Position numbers and translations under genes: made by a program
Part shown: positions 24,935 through 38,473 of the stretch, piece after piece
Layout of the letters: the number at the start of each line of letters is the position of its first letter
How positions within the stretch are numbered: position 1 is the stretch's first letter
From: Tricharina praecox
Lineage: Eukaryota
Reading direction: 5' to 3'
Assembly (NCBI RefSeq): GCF_024521635.1
Contig: NW_026250429.1
Location: forward strand, 248,001-312,000
DNA length: 64,000 bases
The notes under the pieces: generated by a model
What the model was told of the DNA's origin: nothing
The model's input: only the letters and a program-made list of their open reading frames with translations
Database searches by the model: none

Positions 24935-25185
24935 TGCTCCTCCTCCTCCTCTCGCCGACATCTTTTCCTCATCTTTCTAACAGCTCCTCCTCTCGCCCAC
25001 AGCTCCCCCATCACTTTCCCTTCTCGCTGACATGTCCTCCTAGGTCTTCCATCACTTCATCGCCCCGCTGACAGCTCCCCCATCACCAGGCCTGGGAACC
25101 GTCCATCCAGTCCCCGATAGGTCCTCCATAACTTCGTCGTCTCGCCGACAGCTCCTGCATTACTTCCTCCACTTCTTCCCTCGAT
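24935..25185 (-). repeat. Degenerate ~30-bp repeat, possibly the remnant of a coding repeat
   Basis: Recurring CTCGCCGACAGCTCC..CATCACTTC variants. On the minus strand the units translate as EVMQELSAR, EVMEDLSGT, VMGELSAG and VMGELWAR in shifting frames. Confidence 0.5.
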
Positions 25186-26572
25186 GCCCGCAAGTTATCC
25201 ACAACGAGGAGCAGTAGGGGGACACACTATGGCGAGCGGGAGTCGGTATGAGAATGGGAATGGTGGCGGGCTGACTGGGGAGCGGGGAAGGAGAGTGGTT
25301 TAGGTATATAAGGGTACATAATGGAACAAGTGATACCTAGTCATCATCAAGTGAAGAGCATCGATAGGTAAGTGATAAGTGATAAGAATTACAAGAGGTG
25401 AGGCTTGTCACAGACGAAGTCATTAAGGAATCCTTTTGAGCGTATATAGTATACCATACCAACCCTTATTTCCCAAAATTCCCTACAGAGCCCATATGGA
25501 ACCCTTATGGAATCTCTCATTATGAGCTTCTAAGGCAGTCCGGCCAGTAGGCGTTTCAGAGGACTGATTTCCACTGCACTGCACTGCACTGCACTCAGTC
25601 TCAATCTTGAGCACGCCATATTCAACATATTCAACAACCAGAGCTAGAATTCGAAAACCCTGCCTATATAAGCCTTATTTTACAAGAGTATCATGTCCAA
25701 ATCGCCCTCATACCTACATGACAGCTGGCTGCCATAATGCTTTTGACTTTAGTATAGTACATGGCTCAATATCGGGGGCCGGGGCCTGTGGAGAAATGTG
25801 CCTCACGCATGATTACTCACTTGTCCTCGTCCCTGAGGGGACGGCCATCACTCGTCCTTGGAGGCCACCCACCACGATTATCACGACGTAATCCATAGTA
25901 ACCCAAAATTAACCCCCATTCGATTCAATTCAACCAAGAAGTATGCTCTACCTACTCAGTATCTACTCGTACCTACTGCCAACCCTCCCTCTTTTGTCCC
26001 GCTACCATCACTACTACCACCTAGCCGCCTTATATCACCGCACCGCACCGCAAAATTACAAAATTACAAAGCACAGTACAGAAACTAAACTCACCCGCAA
26101 CTCACCCGCAACTCACCCGCAACCATGATATTAATATTCCAAGCAGCAGGAGTATTCCAAGCAGCAGTATTCCAAGCAGTATTCGAACATGGTATCCGAA
26201 CATGGTAGTAGAATCAGTAGTATTCGCACAGGGTAGTAGTAGAACAGGGGAATCCAAAACCTCAAAAACCTCAAAACCATCCAAACCACAAAACAGTAGC
26301 CAAAATAAGGTAAGTAAGTGAGTAAGTAATATCAATTCAATGCAGCGGGAATGCAAAAAAAGGGCCGACAAAAAATGTGGGGGTAGTAGTAACCAACAGA
26401 GCGAACCAGCAGGACCAATAGCAAGAAGACAGAAAAGAAGAAGAAAGTCGAACATTACACCTGCGACGCCCACGCCCACGACACCAACCAGCCCACGACA
26501 GCAACCAACCGCTCATCCCCATCCACCCCATCCCCTCCCTTCCTTCCCTACCCCCCCCCCTCCCCCCCCTCC

Positions 26573-26640
26573 CCATCCCCTCCCCATCCCCTCCCATCCC
26601 ATCCCATCCCATCCCATCCCATCCCATCCCATCCCATCCC
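26573..26640 (+). repeat. (CCCAT)n microsatellite
   Basis: Run of CCCAT/CCCATC units. Confidence 0.9.
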
Positions 26641-27087
26641 AAAGATCTAGCCATAGCCACAGAGTAGATGACAAAACAACAAAACAAAATTAGCAAGTCT
26701 TGCATTTTCAGCAAGCCTGCCCAAAAGAAACAATCACAAAACAATCACAATCACAACAAACCAAGAAACAATCACAAAATACAAACCAAGAAACAAGCCA
26801 ACAAAAAACCAAGCAACCCCCACATGTCCAATGGATCTCTCCCCGCACCGCACCGCATTTGTTGCCACATGTTACCTTACCCAATGAGAAAGTTCAAAAA
26901 GAAAAGAGAAAAGAAGAAAAAAATTAACACCCGGAAAATGAAAATCGGAAAAAAGGTCCAAGAAAGAAAAAAAAGGGCCCTCCTACTTACCGCCGTAAGT
27001 AGGGCCGCCAATCGCTGTACTGGTTTCGTTGTGTAGTTTTGGTTTTGTAATGTTCATTGTGCAGTTTTCGTTGTGATTTTGTGTAGT

Positions 27088-29630
27088 CTAGAGCGCCGCC
27101 GCAGTTTCTGGGACCGCTGGGGTGGTGGTGGTAGTAGTAGCTGGGGTCGCCGCCGCCGCCTCGGCAGCCTTAGATTTCTCCTCGACACCCTCGCCACGAC
27201 ATAGCGGGCACGAATTGCGTCCAGTGGTCAACCACTAGTCCACAGTTAGCACACACATCCCATATCATTCCCGGAAGGAGATCCCACCTCGTCGATGCAC
27301 TCCTTGTGGAAGATGTGATTGCACTTCACAATCTGTCGACACTCGGCGCCCGTCTCGTAGTCCGACAAGCAGATGAGACACCGCTCGGCATTTCCAGGTC
27401 CGTACTGCGTCGCACTGCCCTCGCCAAACGTAAACACGCCTCCGGCCGAGTCGAGGTCCTCCTTGGCCGCTACAGGCAGCTTAGCCGGACCGAGCAGCGA
27501 AGAAAGTAACGTCATATCCTCGTAAGTAGGTTCCTGCTGTCCCTATTAGCCACCATCCAACTCTCTCCAAAAACAACTGCGGATACTTACATCTGTAAAC
27601 AGACTCGGCGTGGTGAGGATCGGGTGGTTTTCGGGGTAGGATCCACCAAGAACATATATGATCCAGCTCCTGGTGCCCTCCGGAGCGGTGGGACGGTTCG
27701 GTGTGCCTGTAGTGTTGCTCCGTTCCCGAGTGGTTGTTCCGCTCTCGCTGGTTGCAGCCGGCGTTGCCTGTGGAGGTCTGTACGGATTAGCCAAGTCCAA
27801 GAAGCCGGACGGCGTGAGCCCCATACGACGGAGCGGGTCCCTCCTTGCACCAAAGCCCTCGCCTCGGTACGGAGGATTCACGACCCTCGAAGGAATCGCA
27901 CCGTTCCGCCAGAATGCCGCGGGGGGAAAGAAATCTGAATCTGAATCTGAAACGTACTCTGTAGCCGCATCGTTGCTTGAAAGTGGCCTTGAAGGGGCGA
28001 TGGGTGAACCCATAGACGCCGGACGAGGTCTTGTCCCGCTGCTGCCGCCAGCACCCGCACTTCCCAATCTCGACCTCCTATGAACGCTCGGAATGCTCAG
28101 GTTTGCTAGTGCGTCAAAGAACGGCGCAGGTCTCGGGCCATCGCCGTCCGTCGATTCCCGTGGCGACACGGATCTTATTCCGACGATGATCACAGGAACC
28201 ATGCGGCTTCCCTGACCGCCCTCCTCCCCATCCTCGCCCCCTCCGCTGTTGCCCGGTGTGCTTCCGAAACGGAACATCCTGAAGAAGTTCAAGGACAGGA
28301 CTCCGTTCTCAGCATTCGGATCAGCAGCATTTCCCCCACCCATCTCGTTGCCGCCATTCCTCAGTGCCGCCTCCAACCTTCCGTTCCGCAGGGCCCGCAA
28401 GAATGACTCGAAACTTCCATCCCCTCCATTGTCCCCACCCACATCTTGAGCCTGCGTGATCGCCTCCTCGGCATCCCCAACCAACGACGCCGCAGTAGCT
28501 GCAGCGGCCACCGACAACAACCTCGACAGCATCGCAGCCTGGTCCTCGCCCGGTCGGATACGGCCAGGATTTCCCAGTCCATCAAGGATGCCCTGAGGAT
28601 CCCGTGGCCCAGATCCAAAAATCGACGTTCCGCCCTGTATACTTGGTTCCTCGGCAGCTGGCGGGAATATCGAATCCGTGTCCCGCGCCGGTGCCTCCGT
28701 CCCGGGCGATTCACGGTGAGTGCCATTCAGGGCGTCGAGAGCGCCAGCACGGGTTTCCGACGGCCGTCGGGAGCCCGGACGATTGAGCATCGAATTCAGC
28801 TCCGAAGACATAAGGTTGATTGAGTCTCGAACGCGCGACATGCGTGATCTCCGTGAAGGCGTAGCTGAAGCTCCCACGTCGGCGGCAGCAGAGGCCCTGG
28901 GCTGAGGAGTAACCGTCGAGACCGGTGAGATATCCATCATGTCGCCCAAAACGGGATCCGTAGCTCTCCTAGCGGACGACACAGTTGGACGTGGCAGAGG
29001 CGGTGTGCGGCGTCGTATTGCACCCGACGCTGTCGACCCCCCTCGTCTGGGTGGCGAAGGAGAACGCGACCGTGCACTGCCAGACAATCGATTACTCCGC
29101 GCCCGAAACCTCAGGCCCGGCACGCGACCTCGAATAGTTGATGGGTTTGACGACGACGACGGGCCCGATGACGATGACGACGATGGCGTTGCTGCTGCCG
29201 CTGTTGTTGCCGACGATGATGGCATGAGCCGATTCCCCAGACGCGTAAAGTGTTCTATGTGGTTCCGTATCCTCCTACTCCTCCTCAACCTCGCCGCAGC
29301 CGCCGCCCTCTCAGGGTCGACCCCAGCCACACCCTGCTGTAGCGTCCCATTTCCCGCCTCCCGTTCGTGATTCCTAGAACTGGTGTTGTTTGACTCATCG
29401 CGGGGTGTCGAGGCACCCTGACCCATTGGATCCGAGTTCAGCAGGTATGGTGGCAGATACGACGATGTGGTGGGAGGCGGACTCTGACTATCGTAGTGAA
29501 GACCGTGTTCGTAGCTTTCGTCCGGGTGCAGGTCGCCAAATGTGATGGATCTCTGGTCGATATCGATCGGTTCTCCCGAAGTAGCGTGCGTATTGTTTCT
29601 ACGGTTCGGGTAGCTGGAACCTGGCTGCAT
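27088..29630 (-). CDS. Large disordered protein with C-terminal RING-H2 finger (putative E3 ubiquitin ligase)
   Basis: Exons 29630 (or 29426, MGQGAS)-27591, 27533-27288 and 27234-27088. Conserved-looking blocks QAAMLSRLLSVAAAATAASLVG, LNFFRMFRF, MVPVIIVGIRSV and RSWIIYVLGGSYPENHPILTTPSLFTDEPTYEDMTLLSSLLGPAK, then RING [39 protein letters not shown]. Start codon uncertain. Confidence 0.88.
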
Positions 29631-32520
29631 GTCAACGTCAGCGAGGGCCAACCGCGATATTGGCGGGGACGCTCGGAAGACTCGGTCTTTCGACTGAGGA
29701 TATGGGTATGTGATGTGAGGTGGGGTGGGGTGGGGGGTGGGGGGGCGTGGGGGGGAGGGGGGTATAGGGTAAAAGAGAAGGTGACGTGGAGGTTGAGGTT
29801 GAGGTTGAGGTGGAGGTTGGGGTATGGGGTATAGGGTGGTGGTGGAGGTGGGTTCGGTGGGTGGAGGAAGAGGGGTGTAGGTTGTGGTGGCAGCAGTGGT
29901 AGCGGTCGCGGGTTATGGTTCAAGACTGATTTCAAAGAGGGCAAGAGCCGGGGGGTAGGTGAAGTAGTGTCCAGTCAGATGTCGTTCAAGGGGGGCAAGG
30001 TATTCCGGACGAGATTAGGCAGCTTTTTCTATGGAGGAAATAGGAAGACGAAAGGGCAGGAGGGCGAATACAGAGATGGAGAGAAAGAAAGAAGGTTGTA
30101 TTCACCAGTCTTGGGGAGTGTAAGTGGTTGATGCAGGGCCTGGGCGGCAACGTTGTTCACGGTCTACGGAAGGGTTGGGGGGGATAGCGGGTTGAGGGTT
30201 GGGGATAGCGGGTCGATGATGATGATAGCTGGTGGTTGTGGTGGTGGGAGCTGCTGCTGCTGGTGATGATGATGATGATAATGATAGCGGCGGATGGATG
30301 AGTGGAGTGGATAAGCCGCCTGTAGCCAGGAGGCAACGGGCTGAGGAGCTTGCTTGGAGGGCGCGCGGGCGTAAAGGTGGTTTGGGAAGGAGGAGGAGGA
30401 GGATGAGGAGGGAGGGAAGTGTGGCTTGCAGCACTCTCTACGTGTGTGTGAGTGTGGCGGGGTGGCAAGTGGGATGTGGCAATAGGGTTGTGAGTTGGTT
30501 GGGGAAAGCGGACGAGGAGTTTAACGGAGGTGGGATGGGAGAGAAAGAGAGGGTGGAGTGGAGGGTGGACGAGTTCGACGAGAGCTCTGAGTCCATCAGA
30601 TCAGTTGGTTGTTGTCACTCTGCGGCACCGGCGGCGGCTGCAGTCAGTCAGTCGCTCGGAGCTGTGCTGCGCTGTATGATTTCGCGGTAGGCAAGTAAGG
30701 TAAGGACTTGCCTGGTAGTGTGCGAGTGCTGTGGCAGAGCAAAATTAAAGGGGTGCGCTCAACCTGAGGGGGAGGACCGTCTCCCGTTCTGCGGCCAATC
30801 ACGGCCCCACCCCGGTGCTTAGTAAGGGGCCTCCTCAATCGTGAGGAAGACAGCTCACAGCGAGCACTATCAACCTTCATAGTACCCAGAGTACTCTGTA
30901 AACCCCCATCGTTCACACGGAGCGGTGCGTCTTCAACCCGGGTCCACCGACCACGCAAGACGAAGAAAACCATGAAGAAAAAAAGAAAGAAAAAACCCAA
31001 AGCCACCTATGTCGAGTACGTAGAGTACGTAGAGTAAAGTAAAGTAGCGAATGCCTGTGCCCAGTCTCCACCGCCTGCCCAGTACCCACAGTCCACTGCC
31101 CCTCGCTCCGCAAGCCCGCATGCAAACGAAAAAAAAGATCCATTAATATATGCCGTCACCTCGACTCAGTGCTCACTGCTCACTACTCACCCACTCGAAC
31201 CGACCGATAAGGGCGCTGGGTGATCAATCTCGCGGTCCCGGGTCCGCAGCAGTATTCAATTTCGACATCGATCTCAGGATCCCGAACCCAGAGTACCCTA
31301 CGTACTAGTAGTGTAGGTATATTGACGACCCCACTGCTATGTATAGTGGAGTATGGACGGACTGAAGGATCTGAAGGATCTGACCGCGAACCGGCGGGAA
31401 CTGCACTGGAATTGAAACTGCACTGGATCAGAATTGGAATTGGAATTGAAATTACATTGGAATTGGAATTGGAATTATATTGGAATTGGCACTGGAATTG
31501 GAACCGACGGATGCATGGTGCACATGCCGCGCGCATAGCATAGCATAGCATAGCATAACATAAGGACTGCATTCCCCCTCCTTCCACTTCCCTTCCACAT
31601 CATATCCACATCCTTTCCACATATACAGCTACACCCAACGATGGCACCAAGATTCTCAATCCTCAATCCAGCACTCGCATTCTCCATCCCCTGCCCCACG
31701 CTGCCACACTGCCAGAGGAAGGTGGGAATGCTGCATACTTCTGGAATGGAAATAGTATTTAACTAGCGAGATCGTGGAATGGCTCATGTAACCTAAGATG
31801 TGTGTAAGTTTCAAGTTTTGAATTCCGAATTCCGAATCCCGATGTCGATGTCAAATTTTCAATCGAGAGTTCGAGAGAGTTCGAGAGTTTGGGGGGGCGT
31901 CTATTCTGGTAAAGTAAGAATCGTGAGTGAGCTTGTCGCCGCCGGCTTGCTCGAGTCGTCCCTTCATATAAGAAGTAACATACCTACTTCCTGAGCCCTC
32001 GTCCGGAGTCTTCAGTCCGGACTTATTTGTTTCCCCCATTGCCCATAAAACATATTGCATGCGACCCGACCCGACCCATCTACCCCTCCATGGAGTAGAG
32101 CACCTACATATAGGACCGTAGAGTACCGGTAGTAGTACATATCTCGTGACAACAGTCTCCGGGAGTCCTGCCCGCCGTCTGCCACTCTGGAACTCTGAAC
32201 AACCAGCCCAGCCGGAAGCGGCGACCCACTTCAGAGTTCCCCCCTCTCCCCCTCCCTCCGCCTGTGCACCCGCGCTTCACCGTTACCGTTACGCCGACCC
32301 CTCGCCTAAACTCTAGACGCAGACGCGAAGAGAATGACCATGCGAACGGGAAAGCTATGCGAAGTTCCACCACCACCACCACCACCACCACCACCACTAC
32401 TGGGCGAGTGATTTTGGCGAGTGATTCTGCGTGCACAGAGTCATGTAACTACTACTATGTATTACCCCGCCAGCCCGCCTGGGGGTACGTCTGGACTCCT
32501 GGAGTAGGCATACATGATAC

Positions 32521-32996
32521 GCTGTGACACGGAATGATCGATATATGTACGGTACCCCGCCTCAGTGCCTCAGTGCCTCAGTGCCTCACGGGTTGTCTAC
32601 ATAGGCAGGCATAGGCACTCACTCATACAATGGCAGAATTTGCCCCCGCTGTGACATGGAAGGAAGGATGGAAGGATGGAAGGAAGGAAGGAAGGATGGA
32701 AGGAAGGATGGAAGGAAGGATGGAAGAATGGATGGATATTCTACATACAGTATCTACCCCACCAATCCGTCAATCCGCCTCAGTGCCTCACGGGCTGTCT
32801 ATGTTGTCTACTCTGCACAGGCACTCACTCATACGGCGACAGAATTTACCCCCGCTGTGACACGGAAGGAAGGAAGGAATGAAGGATGAATGGATATACA
32901 GACGGTACCCGGCCTCAGTGCCTCACAGGTTGTCTACTCTACATAGAGTCACTCATATCTACCACGGCACGGCGTAATTCACCCCCGTTGTAACAC
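32521..32996. repeat. Three degenerate tandem copies of a composite ~130-220-bp unit with internal microsatellite expansions
   Basis: GCCTCAGTGCCTCAC..GTCTAC..CACTCATA..AATT..CCCCGYTGTRACAY recurs at ~32551, ~32776 and ~32904, with GGAA/GGAT expansions between copies. Confidence 0.8.
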
Positions 32997-34202
32997 CCGC
33001 ACCCGGGCTCACGGCGGCTGTGCTAAACCCGCTCACCCGCCGCCCGCCACCCCCCCCCTCTCCCCACGGCTCCACTTACTCCGAACTCGTGGTTACTTAT
33101 GTATCAGCATCTAATCTCCAAGACACGATATCCCAACTCCCTATTCCATATGCATTCATTCGCTGATGATCCAGCTACCACCTACTTGGTAGTAACTCGA
33201 ACGGTGGGTAAGTACAGACACATTCCCTCCTCTCTGCCAGTCCATCTCTTCCGGTCCACAATGCTTCCATTCCATGCTTTAACCCCATGCTTCAACCCCA
33301 TGCACAATATCATGATCTCTTGAAGAGCCAGAGCCAGAGCCAGAGCCAGAACCAGAACCGGATGAATCAACGGGGAGAGAGGGTTCACAGAGCCGTATCC
33401 AGAAACGAAGAAGTATGTATGTAACATATGTTTGTTGTTTGTTGTCTACTCTCTCCTCTCTCTCCCCATGCCCTTCTCCCCATACCCTTCTTCACCCCCT
33501 TCATCCCCATACCCTTCTTCACCCCCTTCATCCCCATCTTCATCACCCCCCCCCCCCCCTCCATGCCCTCCTCGAAAAGCAAACAAAAAAAACAAAAAAC
33601 AATAATTCCGTTTTCGCCATAACCCAGTGCAGTGCAGTGCCAAAAGCCAAACAAACCAACCCTAAGAGATCCCATAGAAGCGAAGATAAGTAGAAAGAAG
33701 AATCAGAAGAAACAAAAAACGACGAAAAGATGACAATGTTCAGATTCAACAACCCTCATAAGCGGGGCAAGGCAAAGCAAACAACATCAAGATGAACCAG
33801 AAACAATGTGTGCAGTTTGAAGAGGCCAAAAAATATTCACAGTGCGGGTGCGGGAGATAAACCGGTAATGGATCGACAATGACGATGCTGCGAGCGTGCG
33901 GTATAACCTGGAAGTGAAGTAACTTTTGGGATTCCCGTCTGTCTGCCTGTCTGTCGTTTTCTTTTCCTTTTAGTGATTGCTGGGTGCATGGCGTTGTAAT
34001 AGTGGAAGTGGTGGTGGAAGTGGTGGAAGTGGTGGTGGTGGTAGTTATATCGGCCGGTGCGGGTGCGGGTACGGTATGACGTTCGCTCCGTTCCGGTGAT
34101 GTACGGTACGGGTACAGAAAACCACAAAAAAACCGACACTTCAACACTCCCCCTTCAACACTCCCCACCCCACTCCCACTGCAACACCCCTTCCGCATGG
34201 AT

Positions 34203-34761
34203 TTATAGCGACATGCGATCCAGCGACAAGCGATCATAAGATCTATGCCGTCTCCTGCGCACGTGTCAGTCACTCGGCCCAAGCCACCCAGAAACGGGAA
34301 ACCTACACCGGCTGCAACCTATAAAACCTCTCCTGGCCATCCGAGTTCCTGCCACCGATCCACCACTTCTCGCCACTAGGCGGCTCCACAAACCCCTCGG
34401 TGGAGCTACTGGAGCTTCTCCGGCCGCGGGCAGAGGTGAACGTCGGCTGCTGCTGCTGCTGGGCATTCTGGCTGTTCCCCGAACTATTACCCGAGTTGTT
34501 CGTATTACCCGAGGGAGTGTTGATAGGCGAGCTCTGTGCGGCGGCGGCGCTGGCGGCGACGGCGACGACGGCTTGTGTTGTTGTTGTTGTTGCTGCTGTT
34601 GTTGCTGCTGTTGTGGTGGTGGTTGTGGTCTTTGCGGCCGCGCTGGCGGACTTCGATGGTGTGCTGTTCGTGTTCTGCTGTGTTGATGGCTGGCTCGCGT
34701 TCGCGCTGTGCGCGCGGAAGGCCAGCAGGAGGTTTGCGAGGAAGGGCCGGTTGGTTGGCAT
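34203..34761 (-). CDS. Small conserved fungal hypothetical protein, 168 aa
   Basis: Exons 34761-34307 and 34254-34203 (GTAGGT..CTGAC..CAG). MPTNRPFLANLLLAFRA, low-complexity middle, then RGRRSSSSS..GF..EKWWIGGRNSDGQERFYRLQPVRRHRSYDRLSLDRMSL*. Both termini resemble a conserved Pezizomycotina family recalled from memory. Confidence 0.75.
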
Positions 34762-36660
34762 CGTGGGTGGGTGTGGGTATGGATGGGGTATGAGGATGAG
34801 GGGAGGGGGCGATGGCCGATGGAGGATGCGCTGTGGGCGTAAGCGGATGTGTGCGTAGCCGTACGGGCGAAGGGGGGTTGCTGGTGCTGGCTGTGGTGTG
34901 GTGGTGATGTGGGATGGGGATAGGAGCGGAGATGTAGGTGCACGGGAATTGGCTCTTCGTCACGGTGGCGTGGTGGTGGTGGTGGTGGTGGTGGTGGTCG
35001 CTGGCGATGAGGGGAGGTTCACCTGAAGGGCGGATGTGGATGGATGGAGTCGTAGCCGAAAGCTGGGGGGGACAGGCTTCCTTGTAGCTGGATCTGATTG
35101 ACTGTGCTGCGTGCTTGCTTGGCCCGAGTTGGTCGTATGTACACGGCGGAGTTATAGTAGTGCGGCGTAGGTAGCGGTGTGTGTGGTGGAGGAGGGTGGT
35201 GGAGGCGGTGGTGGTGGTGGTGGTGGAGGTGGTGGTGGGTATGGTTTTTGCGGAGTAACTTCTTGGGTTACATAAAAAAAAAGCTGGGGACGGTGAGCGT
35301 GAACTTTGGAGCAGTACCTAGTAATAGGCTGGCTGTCTTGTCGGGCAATACCGTAACGGGGGGTGGGAGGTGTGGAGTCTCGGCCAGGTGTCGAGTCTGG
35401 GATACCTACTACTTTGTTTGGTGGAAAAGGCCGTAAGCCGCTGCAATTTCTTCCTTTTTGATTTGCGCGAGCTTCTGTTTCTCCTTCTTCCTTGCTGCTG
35501 GTCTCTGCAAGTTCGTGTCTTTCGTCTGGAGAGAAAAGTATTTATGGCCGCGCATGTCGATCGCGAGTAGAGTGCGGTATGGCGGTTTCTGGCTGACAGC
35601 TGTTGGAGGGCGAATGGCGCGGATCAAGGGAAAGCAAGCAAGCAAGCGGCAGGCAAGCTAACAGCATCATAGGGCCAGACAATAGCCAGAGACTCCGGGC
35701 TAGAGCACAAAGGTACTTCAAGTACCCAAGATATCTACAGCGAGACACAGTCCGACACAACTCACGTCGCAGCTCCTCCACCGAGCACGGGTGGATTGCC
35801 GCACTCCTATGTTTATGGCAATGTTTGACGAGCTTCAAGATCACTCTGAGGGGCTGGTGGCGGAGGAGGAGAAGTACGATGATGATGATTCTTCAGAGGC
35901 GGGGAAAGGCACTCTCCTGTTTCGCGAACACTGCAGGCGGCTTGATGGAGATGCTTCAAGCTGTCGAGCTTCCCCCCATTCAGTGCAAGCTTCAAGAAAC
36001 ACCGAGACGAATTTAAATAGCCGGGAGCGACGTCTTTTGCTGTTGCGTGCTTGGTGTGTGCGTGCAGGACAGGACAGCCCACTGAAACTACTGCCGCCGC
36101 CGCCTGCAACCCCCGCCGAGTAATTCAGCAGAAACTGCGGCCGCGTGATTGGCTGCGGTGGGGAAGTGGTGGTGGTGGGGATACATACAGCGATCTGCAT
36201 CTCCCAGGTCAGAAGTGCACATGTAAGTAGGACGGAGAGCGAGAAGAGAGAGAAACGGGGACGGAGAGCGAGAAGAGAGAGAAACGGGGACGAAGAGAGA
36301 ACGATATCCAATTAGGCCACGATGGTGATAGCGCGGCTTCGTCCGTGGTGTCGAAATCGAAGCGATTCGGAGACAAGTGCGGGAGGGAGGAGCCCTGGTC
36401 GGACGACGGTGTGTGTGTGGGAGAGCTGAGTAATTAATTGTGGCGCTTGAGCCTCAACCCACGCCACGCCTCCCGCGCCACGGCTCTCGGGCAACGGTGA
36501 AAGCCGGATCGTTGCTACTAGTAGCGCTGGTTCTGCTCCGATCGAATCGATTGACATCCCGCCGCTCCAACTCTCACTCAACCACAACCACCACAACCAC
36601 TCCTCCACATCGACATCGACATCTGTTGACACTCCCATTCAACTACACACATCACACACA

Positions 36661-37243
36661 ATGGTGAGGCCCCTCCTGCCGAGTGCACGCAGAGACCCAA
36701 CCGCTAACGAACCCTTAGGCCGGCTACACTTCTCCCTACGGACCCAAGTAGGCGATCCCGCCCCCCTCCTCGGCCCTGCGGCGACAACATCGGCTACATA
36801 CACGTATACTGACCGACTTGTAGGATGCGACCGCAGTTCAACGTGGCAGGCCTGCCGCTCAAGAACCTGATCCCGACGTAACCACCCCCGTCCCGACCCG
36901 ACCCCGCACTCTCCCATCACGATGCTGACCAGCGGGTAGTGGCATGACCGCCGCGGTCTTTGGCGGCGCCGCGCTCGTGGCTGTGATCTTCCTCGGCGAG
37001 GGAATTCCCCGCATGCAGGATGATGTCCTCAAGGTTCGTTGTTGCGAACTCACGGTCTGCACCGATCACCACTGACACTACTACAGAGAATCCCGCTCGT
37101 CAACCAGTACTACCTCTCCAAGAAGCCCACCCCGGCCTCCGACAACGTATGCACCCACCCTACCTACCCTACCAGCCCGTGCTTGCAAGCCCCGAGACCC
37201 AGGATTCTTGCTGACAAGGTGATTACTATTACAGCCTTTCTAG
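36661..37243 (+). CDS. QCR10: Cytochrome bc1 (complex III) subunit 10, 82 aa, 6 short exons; not in ORF track
   Basis: Exons 36661-36663 (ATG only), 36719-36747, 36824-36877, 36940-37033, 37087-37146 and 37235-37243. All five introns are GT..CTRAC..AG. Product MAGYTSPYGPKMRPQFNVAGLPLKNLIPTGMTAAVFGGAALVAVIFLGEGIPRMQDDVLKRIPLVNQYYLSKKPTPASDNPF has a single TM segment plus the IPR..DVL..IP and PASDNPF motifs. Confidence 0.92.
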
Positions 37244-38473
37244 ATCATCAGCGATTGCGTTGGTTGGGTCGTCAATGTTCGTTCATTGTTCAATGCGAAT
37301 CAGCGGGCACGGCACGGATACCCATGTGAATGGTTGGAGCAGCAGCAGGAGCGGGAGCAGGAGTTGCGGATTTGTTTGGTAGACCAGCAATGTATTGTAC
37401 AAAAGATATCTGTGCGACGGATCTAGAATATAAATCTGGTGTTTATGGTTAGTCGAGCGGACGGAGGTTGTGTATATGGATGGCCACACGTGTCGGGTTA
37501 CATAAGGGCCTTCTTCTTCATGCCACCGAGGTTTAGTTGCTCCTGTCCTGGCCGAGTACTCGGTGTCCTATACATATGCCTCCAAGATCTCGCTGTGCTA
37601 TCGCCCGACTAACCCTCAATCTGCCCCACATTCGTATGACTCCTCGGCGGCTCGCCTAGGTAGAGTGTTACTCTACCTTACCTGACGAGCTGACGAAGGC
37701 CGGCCGTTCTTTGCATCCACAGCCTCAACCCCACCGAGCAGGTAGGGTACCTATCCCCTCGTATATAGGTGAGGTGAGGAGCGGGTACCCGGGCCGCAAT
37801 GTTCTTGACATGCCATCCCCACAGCAGTCATCCTCGCCCGTTTAAAGATGAACATCTCATACATAGATCTGCTGGATCATCAGCTGTCACTCCAACCTCC
37901 AGCCTGCGGTCCGACCTGCCTGGCTGCCTGGCATGCAGAATGGGTGTTCAGCGATTCCTTACATATAAAAGGCTTCGCACTGCACTGTGGTGCGCCAATT
38001 GAGGCGCGTGGGCAGTTGCATATGCAATCGTCTTGCGGCGCCGGAGTCCGGAGCTGATCACGATCACGATCTCAAATTCACTACCCAACCCAACCCAATC
38101 CCCGAGCTGGCAGCTGCTGGTGGAATCCCCCATTCATTCCCGGTTACGATTCTGCTGGAGCTGGAGCTGGAGCTGGAGCTGGAGTATCCAGCACCATGCT
38201 ACGGTAGATATGATAGATGCCTAAGCGAAGAAACTGGGGCCATCGTCAGCTCTCATCATACGTACCACCCAACATCCGTGAGTACAACAGTCGAGAGGAT
38301 CGACTGTTCCCCCGGCCATAGTTATCCTTGCCCCTCAGCCCCCCATTGAAACCGCGCACTCTACTCTATCTACCTCTACATACTCCTTTACCCTACATAC
38401 ATACACGCAAAAAATAGAAATGGTGCGAGCAGCGGAATCATCCATGATCCGCCTGATCTGATCGTGACAAGAC

